From a bacterium (GTDB taxonomy: Bacteria; Desulfobacterota; GWC2-55-46): a stretch of 15,231 nt of DNA. A program made the translations under genes and the position numbers. Of this stretch, positions 14,590 through 15,231 are shown piece by piece. The stretch covers positions 1 through 15,231 of the forward strand of contig DAIDBB010000503.1 in assembly GCA_027310325.1 (NCBI GenBank), given 5' to 3'. The notes beneath the pieces are model-generated. The model was not told the DNA's origin. It did not search any database and saw only the letters and a list, made by a program, of their open reading frames with translations. Positions within the stretch are counted from its first letter, which is position 1; every line of letters begins with the position of its first letter.

Positions 14590-15231
14590 TTAAGCGGCGA
14601 GCGTTTCCATGGAGCTTGAGTACCTTCCGAGCCGGGCCGCGCTATTGAGTCTCGCCCTGTGCGCAAAGACCTTCTGGGCGAACGGTATGTTGAACGTCTC
14701 GCCCTTCCACGCCGTCATGGTCGGCTCCTGGAGCGCCCTCGAAAAAGAGAAGCTCAGTTCCCACGGGTGCTCGGCCATTGCGTTCATGGCGTTAAGGCGG
14801 GCGGTCGCCAGCTCCGGGCTCTGGCCTCCGGAAAGGAATACTATGCCCGGAAGCGCGGCGGGGACCGCCCTCCTCAGAACCCTGACCGTCCTCTCCGCGA
14901 CCTCGTTTACGCCTGCCTGCTTCGGGCAATCTTTTCCTGAAAGCACCATGTTGGGCTTAAGGAGCGCGCCCTCTATCATCACTCGGTGCTCGTGCAGCGC
15001 GGCAAAGAGGCTCTTAAGCGCGGCGTTTGTCGCCTCCTCGCAGCGCGCAATATCATGGGAGCCGTCCATCAGGACCTCTGGCTCTACAATCGGCACAAGC
15101 CCGGCCTCCTGGGCGATCGCCGCATACCTTGCGAGCGCCTCCATGTTGGAGTCCATGCACCGGCGCGTCGGTATCCCCGAGCCTATGGTTATGACCGCCC
15201 TCCATTTGGCGAACTTCGCCCCGAGTCCCTT
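14590..15231 (-). CDS. fba: Class I (eukaryotic-type, Schiff-base) fructose-bisphosphate aldolase, C-terminal ~213 aa; N-terminus beyond the window end
   Basis: The frame stays open to the window edge. …GAKFAKWRAVITIGSG…LARYAAIAQEAGLVPIVEPEVLMDG…LLKPNMV…GIVFLSGGQS…NAMNAM…PWELSFSFSRALQ matches conserved class I aldolase blocks (FAKWR, LARYA…IVPIVEPE, LLKPNM, FLSGGQS, SFSYGRALQ). Confidence 0.8.
   Translation of the reverse strand, partial: KGLGAKFAKWRAVITIGSGIPTRRCMDSNMEALARYAAIAQEAGLVPIVEPEVLMDGSHDIARCEEATNAALKSLFAALHEHRVMIEGALLKPNMVLSGKDCPKQAGVNEVAERTVRVLRRAVPAALPGIVFLSGGQSPELATARLNAMNAMAEHPWELSFSFSRALQEPTMTAWKGETFNIPFAQKVFAHRARLNSAARLGRYSSSMETLAA

Noticed and set aside
14427-14666. Full 79-aa ORF (-)
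   Set aside because: Its 5' two-thirds overlap the fba C-terminus out of frame. Only the terminal 31-codon portion is kept, as a low-confidence small-ORF observation.
1-15231. CRISPR arrays, integrase/transposase genes, IS terminal repeats
   Set aside because: Searched by eye for regularly spaced 25-40-nt direct repeats and for recombinase motifs in all long ORFs; none found. No mobile element is called despite the tRNA-adjacent repeat.

Overview
This 15.2-kb window is GC-rich (about 55-60%) and looks like a bacterial chromosomal segment, probably from an anaerobe; the taxonomic guess is inference only. Genes and elements in order:

(i) A minus-strand thiamine operon under a clear TPP riboswitch with an intrinsic-terminator expression platform. 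The order is riboswitch, thiH-like radical-SAM tyrosine lyase, thiS, thiG, then the 5' end of lgt, which runs off the left edge. The ThiH has a HydG-type C-terminal CX2CX22C cysteine motif.

(ii) An orphan REC-ANTAR (RNA-binding antiterminator) response regulator.

(iii) A conserved ruvX-mltG pair.

(iv) A tRNA-Val(CAC) with a near-consensus sigma70 promoter, flanked by a 14-nt direct repeat.

(v) A GuaD-like CDA-fold (cytidine-deaminase fold) deaminase.

(vi) An unusual ~830-bp non-coding stretch with interlocking inverted repeats and a G9 homopolymer.

(vii) A small secreted His/Cys-motif protein.

(viii) An SRPBCC/AHSA1-like gene broken by a single in-frame TAG.

(ix) A two-gene minus-strand module. 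The first gene encodes an SPFH/band-7 protein with three C-terminal zinc ribbons (COG4260/YdjI-like). The second encodes an internally duplicated protein, two zinc-ribbon + alpha/beta modules, of unrecognised family. They are separated by a strongly structured 174-nt spacer. This is the best candidate here for an undescribed Psp/YdjGHI-like membrane-stress or phage-associated system.

(x) A divergently transcribed multi-TM sensor histidine kinase with no cognate regulator.

(xi) A perfect 12-13-bp palindromic bidirectional terminator.

(xii) The 3' two-thirds of a eukaryotic-type class I fructose-bisphosphate aldolase, running off the right edge.

No CRISPR array, integrase or transposase was found. 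All family assignments rest on motifs I recognise in the provided translations; no database search was possible.
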